A DNA stretch of 64,000 nucleotides from NCBI RefSeq assembly GCF_006345805.1, contig NC_043006.1, positions 49,414,001 through 49,478,000 on the forward strand, read 5' to 3'. Origin of the DNA: Octopus sinensis (Eukaryota). Shown here one piece after another: positions 11,809 to 25,385 of the stretch; position 1 is the first letter of the stretch; every line of letters starts with the position of its first letter. The translations under genes and the position numbers were made by a program. The notes below the pieces were generated by a model. It was not told the origin of the DNA. It did no database searches and saw nothing but the letters and a program-made list of their open reading frames with translations.

Positions 11809-12064
11809 TTGCAGCGTTGAAGGTGTTATAAGCCATTTAAGAAACACACAAAAACCGTTAGATTCACTTCAACATTTAAATTTATTTGTCAAAATATTTT
11901 CGTCGCTTTGAGACCGCGACCTGTTAGCACGATATTTTTGTCAGTGAACAGGTCGCGGTCTCAAAGCGACGAAAATATTTGGCAAATTAAATTTAAATGT
12001 TGAAGTGAATGTAACGGTTTTTCTGTGTTTCTTAAATGGCTTACAAACACCTTCCACGCTGCAA
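11809..12064. repeat. Long inverted repeat (~117-bp arms, ~21-nt spacer)
   Basis: ttgcagcg..aagccatttaagaaacac..cgtcgctttgagaccgcgacctgtt is mirrored with few mismatches. Confidence 0.95.
11937..11986 (+). ncRNA. Minimal type I hammerhead fold with G3-C8 core
   Basis: tttgtca-GTGAACA-g-gtcgc-ggtctcaaa-gcgac-GAAA-ATAT-TT-ggcaaa. The opposite arm supplies the perfectly pairing tgacaaa version of the stem I 3' strand. Confidence 0.65.
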
Positions 12065-12409
12065 TATATATATACACACACTATATATATGTATGTATGT
12101 ATGTATGTGTGTATATGTGTATGCATGTATGTGTGTGTGTGTGCGTGTCTGTGCTTGTGATTGTCCTCCACCACTGCTTGACAACGAATGTTGGTTTGTT
12201 TACATCCCTGTCACCTAGTGGTTTGACAAAGGAAACAGATAGAATAAGTACAATGCTTACAAAAATAAAACTGGAGTTGATTCATTAAACTACAATTCTT
12301 CAAGGCATTGCCCCAGCATGGCCACAGATCAATGGCTGGAAAAAGCAGAAGAATAAAAGAATACATTCTCTGCTTTGGTCTAATGTTCAAGGCATGAGAA
12401 AGCTTGAGT

Positions 12410-12692
12410 TTACATGAGAAGGCCTAACAGACCTGGTAGAAACAGCAGCCAAATCTCCCTCAAATCACACCTTACTGTCTTATGTATGTATATATATATG
12501 AGCCAATGAGGGGGACCTCTACATGGTAGCTAGACCTGGTAGAAATAGCAGCCAAATTTCCCCAAATCACACCTTACTGTCTTATCTATGTATATATGTA
12601 TGTATGAGCCTATGAGGGAGACCCCTACATGGCAGCTAGACATGGTAGAAATAGCAGCCAAATCTCCCCCAAATCACACCTTACTGTCTTAT
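12410..12692. repeat. Tandem repeat, ~3 units of ~105 bp
   Basis: agacctggtagaaa.agcagccaaat.tccc.caaatcacaccttactgtctt recurs at ~12430, ~12533 and ~12639. Confidence 0.85.
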
Positions 12693-12788
12693 CTTTCTGC
12701 TACTTGGATATAGGTGTTATATTCGTCGTAAAAAACTTTCCTGTCACACACTCACGCACACGCACACACACACACACGCACCCTCACA

Positions 12789-12819
<31 letters not shown>

Positions 12820-12829
12820 TCACACACAC

Positions 12830-13225
12830 GCACGTTAGCTTACAATTTTATTTATATATTTGCGTGTCTATGTGTGGAAAGAGGAAGTGGGAGGCAGAGT
12901 GAAAGAATCACTCACTACAGTAAGTGAATTACTTTCATTTTATTCGTTGCCCACTGTGTGTGTGCGTTTGCGTGTGGTGTAAACCAGACTAAGAAAAGCA
13001 TTTGACACACACACCAGAATGTGAGTTTTCTGTAAATTTTGCTTAATTGGAGTTTAAATTTTAAAAACTGGACCTGGCATGACGCGATGCATTCTACTCT
13101 TAAAAATGGTAGGTAAATTGTAATTGAAGAAATCCTATATTGTAGATTTCTATAACTCCCAAAGGGAGGCAGATAAAATCTGCCTTTTATAATAAGAGAT
13201 AAAATCTGCCTTTTATAATAAGAGA
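12830..13225 (-). mobile_element. Helitron-like repeat (related longer copy at ~53280-54341); 5' 26 bp duplicated in tandem
   Basis: Minus-strand 5' end TCTCTTATTATAAAAGGCAGATTTT; shared blocks ..taggtaaatt..aattgaagaa.t..ctatattgtaga.. and tttgcgtgtctatgtgtg. No 3' CTRR end identified. Confidence 0.5.
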
Positions 13226-13235
13226 TACAGCTAGT

Positions 13236-13338
<103 letters not shown>

Positions 13339-14223
13339 ATGTGCGTGTGTGTGTGTGCATATAGAAATTTTAGATTTAGAAAATCTGTAGAAATTGGTCA
13401 TTTTGATAAGGTCTGTTCGATCAGAACTGACCTGGGGCTAAACAAGAACGAAAAGAAGAAAAAAATGAAACCTCCACTGCATCATTATCATTACCATAAT
13501 GATCATGATTATCATCAATAACAGCAACAATTATAGTAAATATGCACAGTAATGGCAGGTTTAAGGGAAATAACTCTTTCATACAAGGGAGACTAATCTG
13601 GTTCGCTGTAATTTCAAGAAAAAACTATTTTTCTTCTTTGTATCTCTGTGTTTTGAACATTTTGCAATAGATTAACGATTTGATATCACATTGGGAGAGG
13701 TATTTTTCTTATTGATTTAACATTACGGAAACTAGGAAGAAACATCGAACATTTCTTTTGGTTCTTATAATAAAAAGTATAAGTGTTTCCACACGCAAGT
13801 GTGTGTGAATTGTTTATCCCCGTAATAAATTCTACCCGAGTAAAGACGCAACCATCCAATGTTTTTCAGCAAACATAGTGTATTTTAGATTACATAATCC
13901 AACGTATCCACCCTTTTCTCTTAGCAGCCGGGTGTTATTTGAGAGAGACTTCTGCATTCTCTAATACAGATCAAGCAATCGCTTACTTTGTAACGCAAAG
14001 TTCAAATCCTTTCACAAGATTGCGTTTATCCCTTGGTCTTTTTTGTGAAAAGTTTTTACTTCTCAACCACATCGTTCAGTCCTACTGCATGACACCTTAG
14101 GGAAGTGTCTTCTACTGTCGCTTCAGGCCGACTGTAGTCTTCTGAGTGGATTTGGCAGAGGTAAAGTGGAAGAGGCCGTCCCTCTCTCTCCCTCTCCCTC
14201 TCCCTCCCTCCCTCCCTCCATAT

Positions 14224-14273
<50 letters not shown>

Positions 14274-14384
14274 ATATATATATATTGAAGTAGGTGGGGG
14301 CAACAGAAGGGCCCCTCAGAACCCGCTTTAACAACAACAAGTCCTCATTCAACATCCCGGAGAGACGTAACGCCACAACCCTTG

Positions 14385-14790
14385 TTTCAGTCATTGGAAT
14401 GCGGCCATGCCGGGGCAGCTCTCTGAAGGGTCTTAGTCGAACAGATCGACTCCAGTATTTCCTTATAAAGTCTGGTAGTCATTATGTGGGATCTCTATTG
14501 TTGAACCGCTAAGTTACGGGGTTACAGAGCGTTAACAAACCTACAGAAGTTGTCAAGCGGTCGAGTGGGGGACAAATACAGTCACAAAGACTCTCGCTCA
14601 TAAACACATAAGCACACACACACGCACACACACATACACACACACATACACACATATACGATGGGGTTCAATACAATATCCAACTACCAGATTCACCTAG
14701 AAGGTATTGGCCGTCTCAGGTGCCGTACAGTGGGACTGAACCGCAAACCATGTGCCTTTAAATCGAGGTTCTTACCCAAGCTTGCGCCTA
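14385..14790 (-). mobile_element. Diverged SINE family A copy
   Basis: tttcagtcattg..gcggccatgc..gaaccgctaagttacggg..(CA)n..ggtgccgtacagtgggactgaacc. Confidence 0.7.
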
Positions 14791-15011
14791 TTCAGTTTCA
14801 AAGAAATTGAAACCGGTACATGAAAATCTCTCAATACGACCGCTCTTCTAAACACTAATCAATTTTCGCCTCCATTGCTTGGCAGTGACTTGGCTATGCC
14901 CACGCATCCACTTACTGAATCTCTATACTGTCGTTAGACGTGCTAGAAATAGCTGCCAAATCTTTCTCATATCATACCCTGGAACTTTTGAAGCAGGAAC
15001 AAGTCTTATTA

Positions 15012-15372
15012 CTTATTTCTTTATTGCCCCCAAGGGGCTAAACATTGAGGGGACAAACAAGGACAGACAAAGGGATTAAGTCGATTACATCGATCCCAGT
15101 GCATAACTGGTACTAAATTTATCGACCCCTAAAGGATGAAAGGCAAAGTCGACCTCGGCGGAATTTGAACTCAGAACGTAACGGCACACGAAATACCTAT
15201 TTCTTTACTGCCCACAAGGGGCTACACACAGATGGGACAAACAAGGACAGACAAACGGATTAAGTCGATTATATCGACCCCGAAAGGATGAAAGGCAAAG
15301 TCGACCTCGGCGGAATTTGAACTCAGAACGTAACGACAGACGAAATACCGCTAAGCATTTCGCCCGGCGTGC
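15012..15372 (-). mobile_element. Dimeric SINE family B
   Basis: Two tandem monomers joined at cgaaatacc|tatttctttact (15197). Confidence 0.85.
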
Positions 15373-15587
15373 CACAAAAATGGTGAAATATCGGTATCCA
15401 TCACCTTCGAATGGGACTGGAGACGAGTTGTCTCACCTGTCTATGACTTTCAGGTGTTTTAATATCCAGCGCTTTGAGGGAGTCATCCTGACCGCAGTAG
15501 AGCGGCGTACCGGTAAACAAGCAAAACACATACATTTAGTATGTGTGGTCGATGATATTTACAACATTAGCGGTGCTTTTAATTAAT

Positions 15588-15648
<61 letters not shown>

Positions 15649-16249
15649 ATCAAACCACTTTGATTCAAATTCCTTTGGTACCTTAAGTTTAAAAGCGTAA
15701 TGCTTATTCTCAGCTATTGGAAATTTGAATGAGAGATCAGTTGGAGAAAGTCAAATTTTATTATCGGTGGATGGGTTGCGATTAGTCGAGAAAAGTCACT
15801 TGGTGTCACAGTTTGATGTTGGTATTTCAGCGACAACAATTACCTGGAAAATACTGCATGATAAATTGGAAATCGACCGTATGGTGGACAGGAAACTGGT
15901 TGCGTGGTTGGAGAGGAAGTAGGAAAGGGAGGACTAGCATCACGCCTTGAAACTTAAAGTACCAAAGAAATTGAATGAAACTGTTTTGATCCATACATGT
16001 AACTCCCAATAACTGTGTTGAGTGCCCTTATTTCGTTTGTCCACTCACTCGTGTGTGTGTGTGTGTATGTGTGTGTGTGTTGGGCTCTCATCGCTTCGAC
16101 GAATGAGAGATTAGTAGGATAGCTGCATAATGTTCTTAGTTTGATGTTATGACGTGTCGTCTATTCTGAGAATTCAGGGCTATCCAGATTTTGCAGATCC
16201 GGCTGCTGATGTTGCAGTAGTGGTCTCCGTCATTTGCGAGTAAATTATA

Positions 16250-16560
16250 CCTGGCTGTATACTGAGCCCTTTTCTCCTCCAGAGTGTTGATCCTGGGCAC
16301 TTCAAAATCGAAGATGGTTTGGTAGCAAGGATTTCTCCATTCATTGCTTCCGCTTCTCTTGTTTTCAGGTTTACCTTGTAGGTTTTCAAGCAGTCTTTTA
16401 GAGTGTCTATATAACGGAGGAGTGGGCGGTCTCGATGCCTAGCAGTAGAGCTAAGGTTACCATAGATGAGGTCTGACAACATCAAGGGCTGGACAGCATA
16501 TTACACCGTGATCTTGCTTCTCATCACAGATAAAAGAAACCAACGGTGACGGCTGACTAT
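16250..16560 (-). mobile_element. RTE-clade LINE C-terminal remnant
   Basis: LIYGNLSSTARHRDRPLLRYIDTLKDCLKTYKVN..EAEA matches the RTE motif LYGEL..G.R..GRP.LRY.D.LK..L. Confidence 0.6.
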
Positions 16561-17870
16561 AAAAGCGTCTAGAGTGGCACTGCAACTACTGACTCCATCA
16601 GTTAAGGGAACTTGATAATGATGATGATGATGATGATGATGATGATGTACTAGTTTTCCATGGTTCCTCTCTAATATTAATAGTCCTAATATGGATATTT
16701 TTCATAATTTTCTCATAGCATAAGGCTTCTGTCTCATTGTATTTGTGGTAAATATTTTCCAATGTTTTCTCTGTCAGATTTCAGATCTTATACTCTGATT
16801 TAAGATGTTGTAATCAGATTTAAGGTGTGAATTTAAAATAAGCACTCGTAATCTTTTTCGTTTTTCATTTAGTTTTCAGTTGAGGCTGCATCCATAATTT
16901 ATTTCTGGTGCGAGTAAAATATTGATGCTGATTACCTTATTTTTGCATTTAGCTTTGTTTTAAGTGTTGTTTTTTTAGCGGCTTAGTTAGAGGAGTGTAT
17001 CAATGCTCATTACCCCTTCCAGAGCCTTTGAGACTGGTGAGTGGAAATTATTCTTAGTTTGGAGACTAAAGTCGAGAGTTTGCTGCAGAACAGATTCTAC
17101 TAACGGCGCCCAGGGACCAGGTGGTGGTGCTAAATCGGACGATGGATGATTGTACCTGCTATAGTAGTAATCTTATGCAGGGGTTCTTAATTTGGATGGT
17201 AGCGTCCCTATGAGGTGTCGTGAGCTCACATATGGGCGGCAAATGTGAAGGGAGTGATATGAGAATGCTTATATATTTATTGCTTATTATTGGTGCAACT
17301 TGCGGCCCTCGTAGCCAATAAAGAAAGAATTACTGGTACAAGTTTACTCATGGGAGTCACTAGATGTTTAGAGGCGTCTTCAGTTTTCTTTGAAATAAAA
17401 TATTTAAATCAGGAACAATATCATTGGGTTAGAATAAGAGTTGGACATTGTGACATCAGTGAGCAGAAACATGTCTGGTGATATGCCAAGGTCCAATCAG
17501 ATTTCATTATATAATCTCCACCTCCTTTAGTAATTGCTATCAACCTTTAACACAAATTTCCCTAGTTCACGCAATTATCTAAGAAGACGTACATACTGGA
17601 GAGGAGAGTACAAAAATATGGATAATAAACCACTGTATAAATTTAGATTCTGTGTCGATAAAATAAGCTGCTGTGATTTTTGCATGATAAGGTAAGGGCG
17701 CGGGATCTGTAAATTACTATTAAGTGGAAGAGAGCGTTTAGTTACAAAAACTCGAGAACTACTGTTCTAAAGAAGTGTCTATAATATTCTTTTCTAAATT
17801 TCCTTTCATGTTGTGCATTATAATCTGTCTACTTAATTGATTTCTAGGTCTGTGTTTTGTCTAATTCTGT

Positions 17871-18104
17871 TACTCTTTACTCTCTTTTACTCTTTTACTT
17901 GTTTCAGTCATTTGACTGCGGCCATGCTGGAGCACCGCCTTTAATCGAGCAACTCGACCCCGGGACTTATTCTTTTGTAAGCCCAGTACTTATTCTATCG
18001 GTCTCTTTTGCCGAACCGCTAAGTAACGGGGACATAAACACACCAGCATCGGTTGTCAAGCAATGCTAGGGGGACAAACACAGACACACAAACACACACA
18101 CACA

Positions 18105-18165
<61 letters not shown>

Positions 18166-18323
18166 CGACGGGCTTCTTTCAGTTTCCGTCTACCAAATCC
18201 ACTCACAAGGCTTTGGTCGGCCCAGGGCTATAGTAGAAGACACTTGCCCAAGGTGCCACGCAGTGGGACCGAACCCGGAACCATGTGGTTGGTAAGCAAG
18301 CTACTTACCACACAGCCACTCCT
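17871..18323 (-). mobile_element. SINE family A, full-length copy
   Basis: Complete head, CORE-like block, internal (CA)n(TA)n, and (AAAGAGTA)n tail. Confidence 0.9.
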
Positions 18324-18369
18324 TTAAAAACTCTATTATGATAGTAGAATTCTCTTTTTTTTCTTCTTT

Positions 18370-18600
18370 TCTAACTGGACGCATTTTTCTAATCCGAATC
18401 AATTCTCCTACCAAATTTGTCTACTCTCTAATTCTCTAGCACCAACAGCGTATAACTTGAGGTCGTCCATATACAAGCAAATGGTTGAGTGTCTCCCCAT
18501 GGTATTTGTACCTAAGTCCAAGTCTTGCTTAGTGAGCTGGCTAAATCTATTAGCACTAGGCAGAAAAAGAGCGGCAGGGGTATATTATATATTTTTAGGA
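18370..18600 (-). mobile_element. R4/Dong-type RT fragment
   Basis: Minus strand reads NHLL-YMDDLKLYA..FGLEKC with a frameshift. Confidence 0.5.
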
Positions 18601-18763
18601 TATCTTTAATACAGATAGGTGTGAGTTTCTATAATTCCTTGTTTGTCGTTCACCCATGATATGAGAATGCATATATATTTATTGCTTATTATTGGTGCAA
18701 CTTGCGGCTCTTGTACCCAATAAAGAAAGAATTACTGGTACAACTTTACTCATGGCTTTACTA

Positions 18764-19160
18764 TAGGCGCAGGAGTGGCTGTGTGGTAAGTAGCTCGCTT
18801 ACCAACCACATGGTTTCAGGTTCAGTCCCACTGCATGGCACCTCGGGCAAGGGTCTTCTACTATAGCTTCGGGCCTACCAAAGCCTTGTGAGTGGATTTG
18901 GTAGACGGAAACTGAAAGAAGCCTGTCGTATATATGTATATATATGTGCGTGTGTCTGTGTTTGTCCTCCCAACATCGCTTGACAACCGATGCTGGTGTG
19001 TTTACGTCCCCGTAACTTAGCGGTTCGACAAAAAAGACCGATAGAATAAGTACTAGGCTTACAAAAAATAAGTGCTGGGGTCGAATTGCTCGACTAAAAG
19101 CGGTGCTCCAGCATGGCCACAGTCAAATGACTGAAACAAGTAAAAGAGTAAAAAATAAAG
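18764..19160 (+). mobile_element. SINE family A, full-length copy
   Basis: GGAGTGGCTGTGTGG A box, GGTTCAGTCCC B box, body, CCAGCATGGCCACAGTCAAATGACTG tail. Confidence 0.9.
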
Positions 19161-20204
19161 AGCATGGCTAATGTTTCTAGGATTCACGTAGGTCTGGGGA
19201 GAATATTGTAAAAACCTCGCAACCATTCCATGCCACTCTTTGGCCCGTCTTCTAGTGTTCGGTTTTGGCCTTCTTGACCTATAACTGATCTCTACAGCCA
19301 TACGATCCGTTATAATAAACGTTCAGCTCCTTCGGACTCACGTTTTTGGTTTCCAGATGTCTCTCTGTTCTCTGCGATATTATTGTAATTAAAGCTTTGT
19401 GAAGAATAGGAGTACATGTTATGGGTTTGTAGGTTTTTAGTATTAGGGAATATAATGATATTTTCCATTACGTATGTCAGTCAGATGTTGTCTGCAGTTC
19501 TTCACACACATACACACACACACAACAACAACAACTTCATTATATAACACTCGTGTGAAATATATTTAAACAAAAGGAAGTACTCAATACTGTAAGTAGG
19601 GTGGAATGATATTTATTCAAAGTTGAATTTGAGTGAGCCGTTTATCAAAATTTCACATTCCGATTCACAGTTGACGGATTGCAGTCTGTTTAAAGTTGGT
19701 TATATGCACCGGGTGAGATTGATCAGTTCCCACTGAAAACAACTTGGCAGGAAATTTGAAGTACCACAGATATATATAAAAATATAAAAATTACAATAAA
19801 AAAGATTTCTGGAAGAATTATCTCAATAGAAATTCAAATAAAAATCCTCTGTGGCGAACTTATAAATATATCCAGTTGCAACAAATATGTATAGAAAGTT
19901 AATAAAAGAACGGATATATTTTTATACATTTAACTATAACTTTGGATCTAGTTTTGTTTGGCAAGAAAGTGATTCTTTATCAATAGAGAAAGTGTGTGCG
20001 AAATTAATATTAAAATAGATATTTTTATTTATTTATGGATGTGTATAAATAACACACACACACATACACACATAGAAACACATACGCTAATAGCGAATAA
20101 TGAGAATGAGTGCTCAACACCTCATTGGAGGATAAAAATTCTTTATTTATGAAATCTATGGTAACCTTATTAATCCACAAATAGCGCGAGCGTGCGCGTG
20201 TCTG

Positions 20205-20296
20205 TCTGTATGTATATGTATATAATAATATAAATGATATATATATATATATATGCATATATACATACGTATATGTGCATACTTACATCTATACAT

Positions 20297-20331
<35 letters not shown>

Positions 20332-20332
20332 A

Positions 20333-20387
<55 letters not shown>

Positions 20388-20427
20388 GCATATATACATA
20401 CGTATATGTGCATACTTACATCTATAC

Positions 20428-20481
<54 letters not shown>

Positions 20482-20552
20482 TATATAATATATGTATATA
20501 TATATATATATATATATGCATATATACATACGATATGTGCATACTTACATCT

Positions 20553-20641
<89 letters not shown>

Positions 20642-20644
20642 ATG

Positions 20645-20713
<69 letters not shown>

Positions 20714-20752
20714 CATTACATACATACATACCTACATATATATATATATATA

Positions 20753-20788
<36 letters not shown>

Positions 20789-20806
20789 TTATATATATAT
20801 ATATAT
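20205..20806. repeat. Compound (TA)n/(CA)n/(TACA)n microsatellite with a ~45-bp unit repeated three times
   Basis: atgcatatatacatacg(t)atatgtgcatacttacatctatacata at ~20253, ~20386 and ~20516. Confidence 0.9.
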
Positions 20807-21802
20807 AGCTATGCAGATGACACAAAAAGTCTCCCACGCAATACAAAACCCTGAAAATATTGCGCATCTGCAATATGAGCTGGACACAATATACAGGTGG
20901 GCTGAGGACAACAACATGCAGTTTAATGCAGGTAAGTTCCAGGCCCTGCGCTACTGGCACACAAAGGTAAATGACGTGAAGACTGGATACACTGGCCAGG
21001 AAGAATTGCAATCCCTGAGTCAAAATCAGTGCGTGACCTGGGCATTGACATGAGCAATGATGCATCTTTCCAAATGCATATTGCTAATCTGGTGATAAAA
21101 TGCAGACGGCTAGCTGGATGGATTCTCCGAACTTTCAGAACAAGAGAGAAGGAGACACTGATGGTCCTATGGAAAACATTTGTCCTCAGCCGCTTGGACT
21201 ACTGCTCCCAACTTTGGTCACCACACCATATATAAAACAAAACAGCAGAACTCGAAGCAACTCAGAGAAGCTACACAAAGAAAATCGTCTCAATGCAAAA
21301 TGTCAGCTACGGGAAACTGAAGGTATTAAACCTCTTCTCCCTGGAGCGGAGGCGGGAGAGATATGCAGTGATATACATCTGGAAAATCCTGGAGGGTCTT
21401 GTCCCAAACTTTGGCATTCAAAGTTACTCCAACCGCAGAACGGGGCGCCGCTGCGTGGTGCAAGGATTCCAACATCACCATCAAAATACAGGTCCAGATA
21501 CTGCAACAGCTTGGGTTTCAGAGGACCACAGCTCTTTAACATCCTCCCTAAATGCCTGAGAGACTTACATGGTGTGGATGTGGGTTTCTTTAAAACTAAA
21601 CTGGATCTCTTCTTGTTGGGAGTCCCAGATGAACCTACCTCACGACAGGAGACACATGGATGGGCAGCAGCATCGAACTCCCTTGTTGATCAAGTGCCAC
21701 GTATCAGAGGTGGATTCACAAATTAGTGTAGCTCATTCAGCGGTGGTGTCCCAGCATGGCCGCGGCCTTCGGGCTAAAACATTTTTAAGGATTTAAGGAT
21801 TT
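20807..21802 (+). mobile_element. 5'-truncated CR1/L2-clade LINE (RT C-terminus to 3' tail)
   Basis: YADD at 20810-20821; [19 protein letters not shown]; RDLGI; LSRLDYCSQLWSP; LNLFSLERRRER..IYIWKIL; FRGPQLFNILP; (ATTTAAGG)n tail; flanked on both sides by (TA)n. Confidence 0.92.
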
Positions 21803-23707
21803 ATATATATATTATATATGCATATGTGGGCAGAGTACGTCACGAAATGTGTACAACAAAGAATACGAAGTACGAGTACATGGAATATGAACTATTTTTT
21901 CGAACAACGAAAGACACAAATGAAAAACAAGACAAACATCACCACAAAGAACGAGCCTTCATCAGTTGTTGGCTCTCTCTCTCTCTCTCTCTTTATATAT
22001 ATATATATATATATATATATGAATTTACTTCTTTTAGCATTTAGGTTGTAAATTTCTTGATGTGATGTCGCATGTTGAAACATATTTTGTTGTATCACAT
22101 GTGGGTAATTCTGCCAAAAATACATGTGCTGGTTCTATTTCAGTTCTTTATTATTTAATTCGTTAATTGACTAACTATTTGTCCAATTAAAAAGTGAAAA
22201 GAAAGAAATGAAATAAACCCGTGCGTGTGTTTATTATTGGCATAATGACGTTCTTGAGACGCAACAAAATACATAAATTTATTTGCTATATTAAACTATA
22301 GATGGCTTTAGTTTTATTTTGAAGAAGACAGAATTTTTAACCATGAATATATTTAAGCTAAAATGGTATTGATTTGTAGGTAGAATTAGGAGTTTGATTC
22401 CATTGTCGGTCATTTAGAGTAGAAATGAATTTAGACAAGCTGTGCTTTTGTTGGTGGTTCTGAAGGAACGAGCATATTCGTAGAATCTAGATTTGGGTAT
22501 GTTATTGTCAGGGAAACATCGGTAAGTCATGAATGATTTTATGATACAAACGCCATCGTGTGGGGGTGATAGTTACTGCCGTTGGTTTATGATAAGTGTG
22601 ATGCAATGTTAGACGTACAGCTTTGAATTATGTGAGCAAGTATGTGTTTGCTCATACAGGATCCGTTTAACGTGTATATTTTCTAATAGATATATTTTTT
22701 AAAATTGATTCTACATTCCATTAAAAACTATATTTTACATTCCATCAGTCCCTCTCTTCAGATAAAATGATTAGACTTTTTCTTTTTCGCAACATGCTTC
22801 CTTATTCTTTCTTTTCTTCCGCCAATCTACTTTTTCCATTTCATTCTTGTTTAAAATTAACTGAAATAGTTATAAATTTATTCCCCCATTTTTATCTCTA
22901 AACATAAATCAACACAGTCACCATCTACATCTGCAACTCACCACAGTGCATAACCAATGCATGACAACAGCCAACAGCTTCTCGGCTTGATTAAGTCTCA
23001 TAAAATTCAAACCAATAACAAAAAACATTTGTAAGATTTCAATTTCACAAGTCATTATATCCAAGAAACGTCTGGATGAATAATCATACAATCAAAAACC
23101 AAAATTATTTTAACTTAAATATGTACAATGTTAGCAAAAAAGTTTCCTTATGACAAATAAGAGCCAATTAAAATTTGACATGCAAGAGAAATATCTGTAT
23201 CCCCTTCCACACACATGTATACAGAAAACCACTTTAATGTAAATTTTACATTCATCATTATAAAAATATTCCTTACAGCTAACGAAAGCTTGGGCAAAAA
23301 TTATAGTTCTAAACAGAGAAATACATCTATAGATATTTTACCAATATTTCTTATGTATTTATATGTTTTCTTACAGTTCTTATGCATTTATGTATAATAA
23401 AGTTCTTCACACAACACTTTCTTGAGAATGATTTTTGGAAATACTTAAGACACAAGTTTTCCTATTAATATTTTTGCAACTTTTCATTCAGTGCTATATG
23501 CCAATCTGTGGAACATAAATTATAAAAAAAAAAAATGTCTGCACGTCTAGCGGGAACTGAAAAAGTTCAGTCGGTGAATATAAGCAATTTTTACAAATAC
23601 TACAATAAATCATTGAGGGATCGGGAACGAGAAATTCCGAGTAGCGACCCCACACACATACACAAATAGTGCATACGCACACACACATATATATATACAT
23701 ACACACA

Positions 23708-24952
23708 CACACATAACATAAGTAAATAGACACGCCATAAAATACCATTTTCTGTTTATTTTCACCAGAAAATGTATATATTTTGTATTAATTGGCATTT
23801 TAATGTCTCAAGTTCTATATGTGACTGTTTAATCGTGCCACGTAGAAAAAAAAAAACCTTGGAACTACCCGAATTTCAAATAGACCGTATTGTGGGTCAA
23901 TCTGAAGGCGGACTTAGCGCAAAATCGCAGAAAACCTTAGGATTCCGATTTCTTCAGTTAATGGAGTGATTGTGCAATTCATTAGAGAGAGGAAGGAGCC
24001 CATATCACCTCACCCAGGTCGACCAGGGTCTTCTGACAGGAGCATTCGCTTTGTTAAGAGAAATGTGGAGGATAATCCTCGTTGCAAGGCCTTTGACATA
24101 GCAGAACAAGTTGATGTCAGTCCCGGAACAGCTGTCAGGTATCTTCACAAAGTTAGCTACTGTAGCAGAGCAGCAAGAAGGAAGCTACTTCTTCGACCAG
24201 CCAATATCAAGCTGAGAAAAGGTTGGACCAGTGAGATGGTGGAGAGGCCGCTAGAATTTTAGGACACTGTCATATTCTCTGATAAGTCCAGATTTGCTGT
24301 GTTTTCGACAGTGGTCAAGTGTGGGTCTGGAGACTCTGTGATCAAGAATTTGACGTGAAAAGATTTGCAGCCAACAATGTAACACGGCGGCTATTTTGTG
24401 ATAGTCTGCGGAGCAATTTGAAGCAATGGTCGATCAAAGCTAGTAGAGTGTGAAGGAAACATAAACTCAGATAAATATGTTTCCATTTTGCAGAAAGGAC
24501 TCCTTACAATCTTCTCCAATGGTGGATTGATTAAAGAAAACTATTTATTTATGGAAGATGGGGAATCCTGTAACACGGTTAAAAAGACTCAAGATTTGTT
24601 AGAAGAGAATCACATTAAAAGATTCCATGGCCAAGTTAGTTACCAGATATGAATCCTATTGAACATCTCCGGGGCATAATGACAGGATACTTCGTAAAAA
24701 CAAGAAAGCATCCTCAAAGCCAGATCTTTTGAGATTACTGCATGAAATTTGGCAAGAAATTCCCCAAGAGAATATTCGTCATCTGATCAGTAGCATGTCT
24801 AATAGGGTCCTTGCATTGAAATTGCAAAGAGCATGTCTACTAAATATTAGATATTCACATAATAATAATTAATAAATAATTTGAATGTATAATTTAAGAT
24901 TTATATAAATTTTAACGATTATAAGGCTGTCTATTTACTTTTGTCATGCACG
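23708..24952 (+). mobile_element. Decayed Tc1-family DNA transposon
   Basis: TIR cataacataagtaaatagaca (23712-23732) vs tgtctatttacttttgtcatg (24928-24948), 19/21 match; HTH..PGRP..AARRKLLLR..IFSDKSRF..EDG..PDMNPIEHL fragments. Confidence 0.88.
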
Positions 24953-25118
24953 TGTGTGTATGTATGTAGGTATGTATGTATGTATGTATGTATGTATGTA
25001 TGTATATATATGTGTGTATATATGCATTTATACATATGTATATGTATGTGAACTTACACATCACGCACACACATATACATAGATACATATATATATATAT
25101 ATACACATAAATGTGTGT

Positions 25119-25149
<31 letters not shown>

Positions 25150-25266
25150 GTATATGTATTTATGTATATATCCTTAAATACATGAATATAAATGTACATA
25201 TACATATATAAGTATAAATATATGCATACATACGAATATATATACATACGTACACGCACACACCTA

Positions 25267-25324
<58 letters not shown>

Positions 25325-25385
25325 GTGTGTGTACATATATAAGCATATATGTACAAATTTGTGTATGTGTGCGTGGCTTTATATA

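Noticed and set aside
15725-15922. 65-aa ORF with ISATTITWKILHDKL resembling a mariner HTH
   Set aside because: Too short, with no TIRs or DDE motifs nearby.
21950-21975. CTGATGA on the minus strand
   Set aside because: No stem II or GAAA at a usable distance.
22300-23110. Possible R4/Dong RLE scraps (HIIQSC, HDGVC)
   Set aside because: Only two short motifs in different frames; insufficient support.
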